A stretch of DNA of 64,000 bases from Azolla caroliniana (lineage: Eukaryota; Plantae; Polypodiophyta): the NCBI GenBank assembly GCA_043228905.1, contig JBHGNT010000062.1, forward strand, positions 86,555 to 150,554, written 5' to 3'. Shown piece after piece: positions 11,723 through 23,760 of this stretch (position 1 is its first letter; every line of letters starts with the position of its first letter). The notes beneath the pieces were generated by a model. The model saw nothing but the letters and a program-made list of their open reading frames with translations, ran no database searches and had not been told where the DNA came from. A program made the position numbers and the translations under genes.

Positions 11723-14700
11723 CTACAGGCTGAAGCTCACAGAGTGGAAGTGCAGGAGGGCCCCCCTGCTGCCTTCCGAAGATTTGGATGTGTCCGGGGC
11801 AGCATAGAAGGGGCGGAAAGGCGAGCATCTCTTGCATTCCCTGGCAATGTCCTCTTGCATGCTCTCCGATCCCGACACCAGAACTCCCACACATTCCCCA
11901 CGGTGTTGCTCCACCAAGCCCTCGAAGACATCTGCCAATATTTTGGACCATCAAATTTAGAAGAACTACACATTCATTGCTTGACATGCTTCATTCTCAG
12001 GGGCAATTCATTCATGCATCAATTCAGTGCCATATATAATCCCAAGTCCACTACAGTATAGCATACATAGCACATTCCTGAGTAGATGGTTTCAAATAGC
12101 TATTGCATGATATTTGAATTAACTAGTGCTTTATTCAGCCAGAGGATGAGATCATTGAGCTAGAAAATTCTGCACAAATAGTACTATATATTCGTATATA
12201 GTGACTGCAGCTTGAATAGAAGGGATTAAAATTTCAGAATTGGGGTAATCTACCTGTACTCATATATTCACAAACTTGTATATGTAGTAGTACTACTCTT
12301 ACCAGGTTAAAGAAGATACCACATATATTCACAAATGCTTATGTTATGAAAACATACTTAACTTTCTTGGCGTAACGAATGCTTATGTTTTTTCTTTAAC
12401 GTTTTTAACCTTTAAAACTTTTTTGCCCTAATAAAAAGTTTAGGGTTTAGGGTTTAGGGTTAGATGTGGACCCTATGATGCCAACCTACCTTTCCAGTTT
12501 GGCCGTGACAAAATGTGCACATCCCCATCCCACTGAGATGCGCCATCTTCGATTCCGTTGTAAGTTGCTCCCAAATCTTCGTTACTTCCGGATGGAGAAG
12601 AAGTCGGACTCTGTGTCCTCGGCTGCACCGATGCCGAGCTTATACTCGATTGTCGTCGCAACATATGGAACCATAGCAGAACCACGAGGCCGCCACAAAT
12701 GAGAATCCCCAAGATCATGCACGCCACCACGACATGCGCGCGATTGTAATTGGTGAAGGTGTGATGGGCATAGGACCTCACAATAAAAGTGTTTGCCAAG
12801 CCTGAAAGCACAAAGTATCCTGCAAAGGATGCAATGGTGGTTAATGCTACCCATGAGGTGCTCCCTGTGCTGCCAATGCTCGAGATTCTTCCATCGGATT
12901 GTGGGTGTTGTGCCGCCGGATAAGAGGAATCAAATATCAATGGTTGTGATGTAGGGTGTTCACGGTTAAACTTGGATAGGTCCAAGGATTGGCCTATTCT
13001 ATATGAATTATGGGCCGTGTTGCCACCGGATAATGGCACTCCCTCATAATCTTGTATGTTCTTCGAGGTTATGTATACATGTACTCGGATGCGCAGTCCT
13101 AATGTCTCATAGCCAGGGAGAATTTGGTTAGGATATAGGGTGTTTAGCACACATAACTCCTCTGGCTTTCTTATGCAGTGGTAGAGTGTGATGGAGGTCG
13201 GAAGAGTAGTCGATGCCGGTGAGGATCTAACGTCTTTGTATCGATACAAGATATCACGGATTATAGCGAGGGCAGGGGTGAGGCCTATGCCCCCGGCCAC
13301 GATGACTAGGGCTTTATACCTGCGAAATATTAATCATGTACATTACATTAATTAATGGAAGCAACTCGTTAATGTGAAGGCTAATTATATCAATGAGGAA
13401 CGACAGACATGAGCTTTGGGAACTGAATCGAGACCAGGAATTACGACAAATAATTAGAGAGATCCCCATACTTTAGGTAGAAATCGGACTCATCGCCGTA
13501 AGGACCTTCGACTCTAGCCTTAAACGAGAAAGGGCAGGAACCCCCAGTTTTCTTGGCACTTGAGAATTGATCGCGCAAACTATTCGTCCATTCGCCGAGA
13601 GGCTTGATTACGATGGAGAGCTCCTGCGTGTTATCGAGAGGGGACGATGCGCCACTGAAGAAGTGCCACTGTAGTTTGGAGATACCAGGAATCTGGATGC
13701 ACCATGTGGAGAGTGCATTATAGAGTGGGGTCCCTGACATAAGTAATGATCACATTATTGCCTGTTATTAGTAAAGGTTAGAAGAGCTCACTGACTGAAT
13801 TTAGTCAGAGAGATTCTGGAATATTAATTAATATGTGAATCCGAACAAGCACACATACATGAAAGAGAATCCATTTATGTTACCTTTGGTGGCATTGGTG
13901 TTAAGAGGCAGCAAGAGCTCGACTGCGCCATTCTGGAGGAGCTTGGCCGAGGATACGCAGACAACACTGGACGATTGGATCATGCGAAGGAAGCGATCGA
14001 TGAAGAAGAGCATGAGAGGGACGATGAAGAAATGATAATTCCAGACCGCGTGATACAGCCAAAAGAGGGAGAAGAGGAGATACAGGTGGTGGACCGAGAA
14101 GAATATGTCGTAGAAGCGGCGACGGACGAAGGACAGGGAAGTGGCCCACATGACTAGACCGAACACCCATGCCACCAGCCCGGCCACTACCGCACATTTT
14201 TCTTGCTTCGTGACCCACCCAAAGATCTAACAACAAGAAGCAAAAAACTAATTATGTCCCTATCATGATATGATCAAACACACTCAAGTACAATGAATGC
14301 ATCATGATGGAGAAACCACATGAGCCCTAGCATAGGTTGGCCGTTGGGACATCATCCGCGTTAAGCCTTGTAACATTACGGTAATATTGGGCGAGACAGT
14401 GAGCGCGGAATACTGCATGATTTGAACCTACCAAATCCGTACGGTTGGTGTTGGCATAGAGAATGATGTAGCCGAGGCTATGGAGGCTGACGAGAACAAG
14501 CATGGAGACGGCGAGCCAGATGTGGTAGCGCACGGCGCGCTCGAATGGGATGCCTACCAGCCGAAGCAACGGCGAGCCGCGCGACACGGGGATCCAGAGC
14601 AACGAGAATGGCACGACGGCCACGCGTCCGAAGTAGAAGGATACATTATTCAATTTCTGCCATGGCCTGCAATATCAATGGAAAACATGAGTGCTTATTA

Positions 14701-15586
14701 TGTACACTCTTGTCACATCTGTTCGAGCTCACGAAGGCCTCCTCGTATATGTGACTGGGAATTTAACAAACAATGTGAGCTTGGAGATGGTGTTCAAAGC
14801 ATGAATGTGTGTCTGTCTGTCTGTCTGTCTGTCTGTTTGAGAGAGAGAGAGAGAGATATGGTTATGTCATGATCGTAGTAGGACGTACTTGGCGGGGGGC
14901 GGGCCGGAGCCGTGGTGGTGCTGGGTGTTGTTGTCGATGCGGGTGAAAGCAATGTTGACGATTCTGCTGAAGTGGTAGATCATCAACAAAGTTATGGCCA
15001 GAATTCCGACAAGCTCCGAGGCCGTGAGGATGCCGAAGGGGCTCTTGTCCACCCACACCGGGTACGTACTCATCTGCCATTGGTTTTTCCAGCCCTTTGC
15101 ACCCGCGGGCACCACAACACGGAGCTGTCCAGTCTTTGCTTTGATGAATGCGCGGAGCCGGATCACAACGAAGCTCAGAATGGTGACGACGAAGAAAGGC
15201 ATGGTTTGGTATATGAATGTCGAACCTAATGGATGGATGCCATAAATATATCAGTTTTAAGTAGGAGGGAGCTGATCAGTTGACAAACCATATATATGCA
15301 TACACATATGCATTATGCGATCACTAATTATATTATATTACTTGTAGGAGGTGTACTGTAGAGATTTGTCTGGCAGAGATTGATAATGAGGGGCTTAGTT
15401 ACCTTCACGACCATCGGTCCGAAAGAAGCGAGAGTGGGATTTGTCGCCGATCCACGACTCCACGTATTTCTTGTCTCCTTCTGGATCGGGCGCGACAAAC
15501 CACCATAATACCCAAAACACACACGCGGCCACGATTACCGCTTCCGTGACCGCTTTTGCCACCTTCGCCCGCCGAATTGCCCCCAT
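11723..15586 (-). CDS. FRO: Ferric reductase oxidase (FRO family), copy A; exons 15586-15403, 15225-14889, 14666-14432, 14226-13884, 13733-13472, 13319-12490, 11931-11723 (alternative upstream in-frame ATG at 15712)
   Basis: Mirror of copy B. Heme His pairs YHIWLAVSMLVLVSLH and HHLYLLFSLFWLYH, FAD region LQWHFFS, NADPH motifs VEGPYG and AGGIGLTP, C-terminal FHSVSF. Confidence 0.92.
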
Positions 15587-16199
15587 CAATCTCTCATCAT
15601 CCTCATCTCGGCCATGGACGACCGCCGCAGCCTCCTTACCTGCATCAATCCTCGCGTTAATGCCACAGGATATAAAACTCTGCAGCCACACGGCAAGGAG
15701 GCCAAAATCCATCCATAGGAGGCACAAACAACAACAACAACAACAACTGCTACTTCTCCAACATACTCATCGCGAATTAATCGAGAAGTTAACTGCCGAA
15801 AGATGCGCGAAACTCAGTTGATTCTATGTACGGCAATGTTGTTGATCATTAGGGAGAAGAATGAGGAGGGTAATGATGCTCGAGCAGACAAGCCTTAAAC
15901 CACACAGATCCTGTTAAGGACAAAAGTGGAGTGTGTTATATATATACATATACTTGCATGATACGGTTGGGTTGACTCTGGAGAACAGCTACCCACTAGG
16001 TAGTAGTACAACACTGGTACTGCATGGGTTGTACTAATGTGTTAAGTCAACTGGTATTTGCAAAGGGCCTCTCATGTCCCCATAAAGACAATGCTAAGGA
16101 CGAAAAATAGATTCAACAAAATATGTATATAAATTCGTTCGTGTGCTGGGCGCTGCCCGGGTCTACCCTTGCACACTTCCCGTCCCTTCGTGTAAATTA

Positions 16200-17410
16200 C
16201 ATAATCACAAGAATTGCACCATATTTGTTGGGTATGGAAAATCTCATGGCTACAAGGGTTATCAATTTTACATTGACCTAAATGTCAAACGATATTTATT
16301 TAGTCAATCACCGATGTGCGATGAAGATAGCCTAATATCTCATACATGAAAAGACACAAGCTACAACTACCATACCAAACCCCTCAAACATCAAATCCAA
16401 CAAACAATATCATCAACTAGTACTTTTAAATAGGCTCCGCTAGCTTCCTAAAAAATCAAAGTCATAATTGACAACATGCTCATCGAACATCTTCAATGAA
16501 TATTCACATCACTAGACGCTCAACCACATATTTCCCCTTTAAGTAATGACTCATCTCTAATAAACAAATAATCATTACAAGGAGAGCCATATGCTCCAAT
16601 TACAAATAATAGTAATCTTACCCAAACTAGAAAGATATCTAATCATGATCTAAATATTCATTACGACAAGGGAAAGGAAGTTCTTAGGAGATCATCAATA
16701 AGCCTGGATTGCACTTGAAAAACATGTTGTATTGTACTTAGCCATGCTTTGGTAGATATGTATGCAAAATGTGGTGCAATAATGAATGTCTATGGCAACC
16801 TAAGAGCAGTTGAGAAAAAGTAAAAATCCATGATCAAGTTAAGAATATTTGGAAGTGTCCATCATTGTATCATTTAAATCACTTTAGACATAATATACAC
16901 CATTGTTGGAATAAAAAACATTCATAATATACACCTAACTCACCTTGATTATTCATGTTTCCATTCTCGCAAAAGCTCCTTTATCCCATTAAGAAGATCG
17001 TCACGAGTCTATGGAATAGACCATGACATCAGTAACAAAGGATACCAAAATAATCAAATTACTAGGGTGTACAAATGCCTCTTATCCCGTCTAATGGAGA
17101 ATGCATGGAACATACCAATAATTTTCACATTTTAGCACTAAGAAATTAGATGATCTTTAGTTCACTTTCTTTGCAATTAGCTCCCGCTCACTTATATCAA
17201 ACATTCTTGACGATTCAGTCATTATCAATGAGGCAAAACAATGTAGAAAGGAAAGCCATTACGGAAAAAGAACTTGAAACTCTCTCTTTGTCAACAAAAA
17301 TGGATTCTAGTACCACTCCTTATAGGCCACTTGCCTATCTCATGCAAAGAAAAAATTATGTAACTCTAATGGTACAATAGTATGCCATCAAGCTCGGCTA
17401 ATGGCTTTAG
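16200..17410 (+). mobile_element. Degenerate copia remnant (integrase end to RT start); older inverted homolog of about 27310-28585
   Basis: CTIFVGYGKSHGYKGYQF integrase-end motif; aligns to the reverse complement of 27310-28585 at roughly 85-90% by eye. Confidence 0.8.
16655..16850 (+). pseudogene. PLS-class PPR gene fragment inside the copia remnant
   Basis: Translates IVLSHALVDMYAKCGA, preceded by DKGKEV. Confidence 0.7.
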
Positions 17411-17579
17411 ATTATTAAACACCCTTAATACTTAAATGTTCTTATGTCACTTTAAGATCTTAAGGGTTTTAGATTAATTAAACCAATTGGATAGATTAAA
17501 GAACTTATACTCAAACGAAAAGTTTTTATACTTCAAAACAATATGTCACTTACAAATACAAACAATTATACAAATCACT

Positions 17580-18160
17580 CTATTAGGAGGTCTGGAACAA
17601 GTTGTTGTCGAAGATCAGCTGGTTGTTGTGTCATATCCGCTTGTTCTGTTTGCTGAGCTCAATCTTGTATTAGTTCAGACTATGGTACATCCACGAGGTC
17701 GACAAGGTCCCCTCCATCTTCATCTATAGGTTCCATCGGTTCTCTAGAGGTCAACTAAAACATCTCAATTTCATTGATATGCCCATATACCTTGGATCCT
17801 CATTTTAATAAAATTAACTTGTGAGGGGTCTTTCTCCAAGGTGACATAGTTCCGGAACAATTTCAGAAAACATGCGGTCGTTGTTCCTGAATAAACAATC
17901 GTAAATGCGTAAGTAAGAAAACAAAGTCGAGAAAATCAATTTTATATGAAGATAAATTGATCATACTTATAAGAATAGCTGTTCTAGAGAATAAGTTGAG
18001 CACCCAATCATCAGAGTTGGAGAGCAACTCGATCAATTGCTTTATCAAACATTGGGGCTTTTGGTACGGGTTAACTAGACACTTGTCACCAGAAACATGG
18101 CGTAACTTCTTCGTCATAGCTAGGCGCATGATATAATTTACGATGTTTCGTATTGAACAC
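17580..18160 (-). pseudogene. C-terminal half of a beta-class N4-cytosine/N6-adenine DNA methyltransferase, with intron 17978-17887
   Basis: Spliced translation VNPYQKPQCLIKQLIELLSNSDDWVLNLFSRT-G-TTTACFLKLFRNYVTLEKDPSQVNFIKMRI matches the N6_N4_Mtase pattern HPTQKP...GDxVLDPFxGSGTT...LGRxxIGxE. Donor mutated (CT for GT); catalytic motif IV absent; degraded tail downstream. Confidence 0.8.
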
Positions 18161-18805
18161 CAACGGGCATGAGCGACCATGTGCAGTCCTCGCCTAGGAC
18201 TGGATCACGAATACCAACGGGCATGAGTGACCATGTGTGGTCCTCACCGGGAATTGGAACATGAATAGCAGCAGGCATGAGCGACCATATCAATCCTCGC
18301 CTCGATCTCGAACACAAACAATAGTTGGAGTGAGCGACAATGTACGATCCTCATCGGAGATTGGAACACAAATACCAATGGGTGTAAGTGAGCATATGCG
18401 GTCCTCACAAGGAACACGAAAACCAATGGGAATGAGAGACCATGTCGGTCCTCACGGAGAGATGGAACACGAACACCAACGGGTGTGAGCGACCACGCGC
18501 CCCTCACCGAGAACTAGAACACAAACGGATGTGAGAGACCATGTGGCCCTCACCGAGAACTAAACACGAACAGGCGTAAGCAACCATGCGGCCCTCACCA
18601 AGAGTTGGATCACGAACGGATGTGAGCGACCATGTGTGGCCCTCATCGGGAACTGGAACGTGAGCGACCATGTGCGGTCCTCATCGAAAACATGAACGAG
18701 CGTGAGCGACCATGCGGCCCTCATTGAGAACTGGAACATGAATGGACGTGGGCGACCATGCGGCCCTCACTGAGAACTGAACACGAACGAACGTGAGCGA
18801 CCACT
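18150..18805. repeat. Minisatellite with about 40-50 bp degenerate unit (gtgagcgaccatgcggccctcaccgagaactggaacacgaacg)
   Basis: About 14 recurrences of the gagcgaccatg/cctca core. Confidence 0.9.
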
Positions 18806-19421
18806 AAACCCCTCCAACTGGTGCACACAGATATATGTGGTCCTTTGTCTACCCCATCCCTATCTGGAAATGTATATTTCCTAACATTTATCGATGACTT
18901 TACTCGTTTCACGATGGTCACATTTCTCAAGACAAAATGTAGTGATCAAGTCCTTGAGAAATTCAAAGCCTATCATAAACTTGCAACAAATCAACAAGAT
19001 TTACCCCTTAAAGTACTCCAATCAGATAATGGTGGAGAATTCAAGTCCCAAAACTTCCAAACTTATTGCCAAAACCATGGGATTCAACAATGGTTTACCA
19101 TCCCATATACACCCCAACACAATTCAAGGGCTGAACGACGAAACCAGTTGTATATGGCTGCCACTCGTTGCATGCTCGCCGTTGCAAACCTTCCCCGAAC
19201 ATATTGGGAAGAGGTTGTTTCAACCGCTTGTTACATATTCAATAGAACATATAGTCAATCCACTAGGACAACTCCATTTTCCTTATGGTTTGGAAAAAAT
19301 CCTAATTATGAAAATCTAATAATCTTTGCATGTCCATCATATGCACTCGTACCCTTAGAAACTTGATCAAAATTAGATAATCACGCCGCTAAAACCATCT
19401 AAAATTTTGCTTAGGGGGGAG
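18805..19421 (+). mobile_element. Copia integrase fragment ending in a PPT
   Basis: ORF 18821-19366 with HTDICGP, FIDDFTR, LQSDNGGEF and AERRN; AGGGGGGAG at 19413-19421. Confidence 0.88.
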
Positions 19422-19601
19422 TGAAGAAAATAATAAGCAAAATAAAGTAAAATAAATTATTATGTAGTTCTTATTTAGTTCCTATGAAATCGGTTTCCTT
19501 CATGAGAAGGAAACCGTATGTCTATTTGTGGTGGCCTTATAAAGCCACCACCACCAACGTTTGTATGAATGGCATTATACTAATAATAAAGTTTCTTTCT
19601 G

Positions 19602-19650
<49 letters not shown>

Positions 19651-22600
19651 TTCTATCTCTCTTTCTCTTTCATTTCTACATGGTATCAGAGCCTATGCCT
19701 ATGCCTTTCTAAATTACAAAATACATGCCCTTATCATAAGTTAAGTTTCATGCCCATACAAAAAAAAAAAAAACTATATATTCATAGTGTCCAAGATCGT
19801 CAAATAACGAACGACAATTTGTGTTTGCCGTGCGCTGATCCGGACAGCCCTCTGCAATAATGGCACAATCTATGTCGTCGTCGCAACTCAACATGCGAAA
19901 GTTCACGATCGAGAAATTGTCGGACACAAATTACCGAATTTGGAAGGCAAGATTAGAATTACTTTTTAAATATAATAAAGTATGGGACATAATTTCAGGA
20001 TCGTCGACAAAACCCGAAAAAGGCGAAGAGCTTGAAGAATTTGAAGAAAAAGACTTGTGTGCAAGAATGGAAATTCTAATGCACGTAAGTGATGGCACCG
20101 GAGAAACATTACGAAAAATGGAGACCGCTCAAGAAATGTGGAAGCACTTACAAACTATCTACGAACCAAAGAATGACGCCCAACAAGCACATACACTCCA
20201 AGCTCTTGTTAATTACAAGATGATTGACGAACAACCGGTTGGTGATTTTCTATTAATGTGGCAAAAGAAATTAGATGATGTGTTAACTTCTGGATTGGAA
20301 ATCCATGATAAATTACAAAAGATTCTCCTTCTTGGTGCTCTTCCTCACTCGTGGTCCACTTTCCGAACCACCCAAAACTCTATAAATTGCCCAACGCTAA
20401 TTGATCTTCTTGCAAACATTAGACAGGACGAAACAATGCGTTCACAAAGGTCTTCAAATTCAACTCCAAGTATGGCAATGGTAGCATATAAGAACAAAAG
20501 GTTCACCCAAAGAGGAGAAAGCTCGAAGCCGTGGATAAAGAAAGATCAAAACACTAAACAAGGAGAAATGCGGTTCAACAATACCTATTGTAAAATATGC
20601 AAACGTACAAATCATGCAACCAAAGATTGTCGCGCAAAGTCAAATTTCAAGAGTTATCAACCATGGAAGCGTGTACAAGCCCATCTTGTTGAAGAAGAGA
20701 TGGATGATGAAAAAGCCATGGGAGGTGGACATCGAAATGGTGACACGTATGACGATGTTCTACAAGCGTTCATTGCCGAATCACTTTCCGCCACGATTCC
20801 AAATCCAAGTAATGCAAATGACATGTGGTATCTAGACACTGGTGCTACTAACCACTTAACTAATAGAAAAGATTGGTTAAGTAATTATAAGGAAGTTGAA
20901 CCTCCTATCATTGTAAGATTTGGAAATAATGGGACTAAACAAGCTATTGGCAAGGGTAATATTACTTTTGAAGTCACAGGAGGAAGACATTTCACAATCA
21001 ATGAAGTTCTCTATGTCCCGGGCATCACCAAACATTTGCTATCGGTTAGCCAAGCAACGGCAAATGGTACAATAATTGAATTTCATCCTAACCATGCTAT
21101 TATTAAACATAAAGCCTCAAATGGAGAACTTATTAGAACATGTTGTAAACGAGAAGGAGGCTTATATCCCATAAAATGTATTCCTACATCTCTTATTTTA
21201 GAAGCACATCATACTACCCCAATACAATCCTCCATATCTTTAACCAATCTTCATTCTCCTTCTTCTCTTTGGCATTTTCGTCTAGGTCATATGCATTTCA
21301 ATGCTCTAAAAACACTACAATGTAATAATCTAGTCCATGGTTTGCCAAAAGAACCTTTCAAGCCTATCTCTTTGTGTGAAAGTTGTATCTTTGGGAAAAT
21401 GCCCCAACAACCCTTCCCAAAGCATAGATCTAGAGCCACTAACCCTCTTGCATTAGTACATAGTGATCTATGTGGTCCTTTTCCAACCCCTTCTCTTAGT
21501 GGAGCCAAATATTTCATTAGCTTTATCGATGACTTTAGTCGATTTACAATCTTGCATTTTCTCAAGTACAAGAGTCAAGCTTATCAAGCATTCAAAGAAT
21601 ACAAGGCTCGAGTCGAAGTGCAAACATCATCAAAGATTAAAAGTCTTCAAACCGATGGTGGTGGTGAGTATGTGTCTCATGAGTTTCAAAGTTTATATCA
21701 AAATGAAGGCATACATCATAGAATATCAACACCACACACACCACAACAAAATTGTGTATCCGAAAGGAAGAATAGATCACTTCTCAATATGGCTCGAAGT
21801 ATGTTACAATTTGCTCACTTATCGCCTCAATTTTGGGAGGAAGCGGTTGGCACCGCTTGCTATATTCAAAATCGAGGATTTCATAGGTCTTTGGGGCTCC
21901 AAACCCCTTATGAATTATGGCATGGTCACAAACCTAACCTAAGTAATCTTCGTATTTTTGGTTGTGATGCTTATGCTTTTGTGCCAAATGTTCAAAGAAA
22001 TAAGCTAGATCCAAGGGCTACAAAATCAATCTTCATCGGATATGGAGAAGCTTCGGGATACAAGGCGTACAAGCTCTTCGATCCACAAAAACAAAGAATA
22101 TTCTTTAGTCGTAGTGTGATATTCCAAGAAAATGGGCCTTCTACAAAGGTTTCTTCTTCACTATCTTTTAATCTACCTCCCTTATTACCTACCCCTAATT
22201 ACTTACAACCATATTCCTCAACCATCTCTAATACTAATAGCTCTCATATTGAAGGAGCCAACATTGGCTCATCCTCTACTTCCACAATTTGTGTTGCTCT
22301 TCCATCTATTCACAAGGCCAAGAACAATCCTACTCAACCAACTAATTCTTCTTCTCATCCTCCCTCATTCCAAACTCTAGATGATTCTCTTCCTCATACT
22401 CCTTTAAATACACACTATTTAACCCCCACTAATAATACAAATAATGTTATCTTCTCCACTCCCTCTCCTAATCCTTCATTCCAAGTGTCATCACCAACTT
22501 CTCCACCAAACTCTCCACCTCCAAAGTATAGATCTCTAAGTAGTATTTATGAACAACTTGATCAAATGGAAGCACATTTCGTCGACTTGGACCATGAAGC

Positions 22601-23760
22601 TTATATTCAAGAAGAAGATATTCCAACCCTTGGTGATGACACAAATCTATCGGCCAAAGATGCACTTTCCGGACCGGATTCTATCAAATGGAGAAAGGCT
22701 ATGGAAGAAGAAATGAAGGCTTTACTTAAAAATGGTACGTGGACCCTCGTTGAGCCTCCAAAGGATCGACAAATAATTGGTTCTAAATGGGTCTTACGCA
22801 TAAAGCGAGATAGTAATGGCAATCCAATTCGCTTCAAGGCTCGTGTAGTTGCTCGAGGATTCTCTCAAGTACGAGGTATTGATTTTCAAGATACATTTAG
22901 TCCAACGCTAAAAATATGTGGTTTTCGAATGCTCGTTTCTCTTGCCGCACAACATGATCTCGAATTGCATCATTTGGATGTACAAACGGCTTTTCTTCAT
23001 GGAGATTTAGATGAAGAACTTTATCTACAACAACCACAATTTTTTGAAGATCCAAGTCATCCAACACATGTTTGTCGACTTCGTAAATCTATTTACGGTC
23101 TTAAACAATCTCCACGCATATGGTATCACAAACTACACTCTTTTCTCATAAAAGTTGGATATCATCGTCTAAACAATGAGCCAAATATCTATGTTAGAAA
23201 AGCCAAATCCAATTTTGTTATCATAGGTGTCTATGTTGATGATTTGCCTTTGATCTCTAACTCTAAATCTTATCTAGCTATTGCAAAGAAGGAACTTGCA
23301 TATGTTTTTCCTATTACCGATTTAGGCCCTATGACCCATTTTCTAGGCATCAAAATAACTCAAGATAGAACAAATCATACTATCTCATTATCACAATCAA
23401 ATTATGTTAATTCTATCCTCCAAAGATTTGATATGCTCCATAGTAAACCTATTAGTACTCCTCTTACCTCTCCATGTAAACTTTCAAATGATGATTCTCC
23501 TAAAAATGAACGAGAAATTTCCGAAATGAAGGATGTACCCTATAAGCAAATCCTTGGATGTATAAGATATCTAGTAAGTTGCACACGTCCCGATATTTGC
23601 TTTGCCGCCAGTTTTCTTTCTCGTTTCATGGCTAATCCAGGACCAAAGCATTGGATCGCGCTCAAAAGATTACTTCGATACTTGAAGCATAGTCAACATT
23701 ATGCGTTGACTTACTCCGCTACACAATCCGAGTCAACCACACTTGTGCAAGGATGGACAA
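19422..23760 (+). mobile_element. Ty1/copia element, 3'-truncated (LTR 19422-19680, tRNA-Met PBS 19681-19692)
   Basis: TG...CA LTR followed by TGGTATCAGAGC and a long gag-pol ORF; no 3' LTR found. Confidence 0.92.

Larger units (their letters stand above)
8045..16195 (-). repeat. Left arm of large inverted duplication (partner 30178-38361)
   Basis: ORFs mirror the right arm (coordinate sums 46406-46415). Outer breakpoint at 8045/38361, where EKHIMHRV replaces EKHMPKSYW. Confidence 0.97.

Noticed and set aside
11456-11807. Poly-Leu and poly-Tyr ORFs (mirrored at 34608-34950)
   Set aside because: They are translations of the (TAC)n microsatellite, antisense to the FRO 3' end.
17580-18160. Bacterial contamination as the source of the methyltransferase
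   Set aside because: It contains a spliceosomal-type intron and is contiguous with plant retrotransposon DNA.
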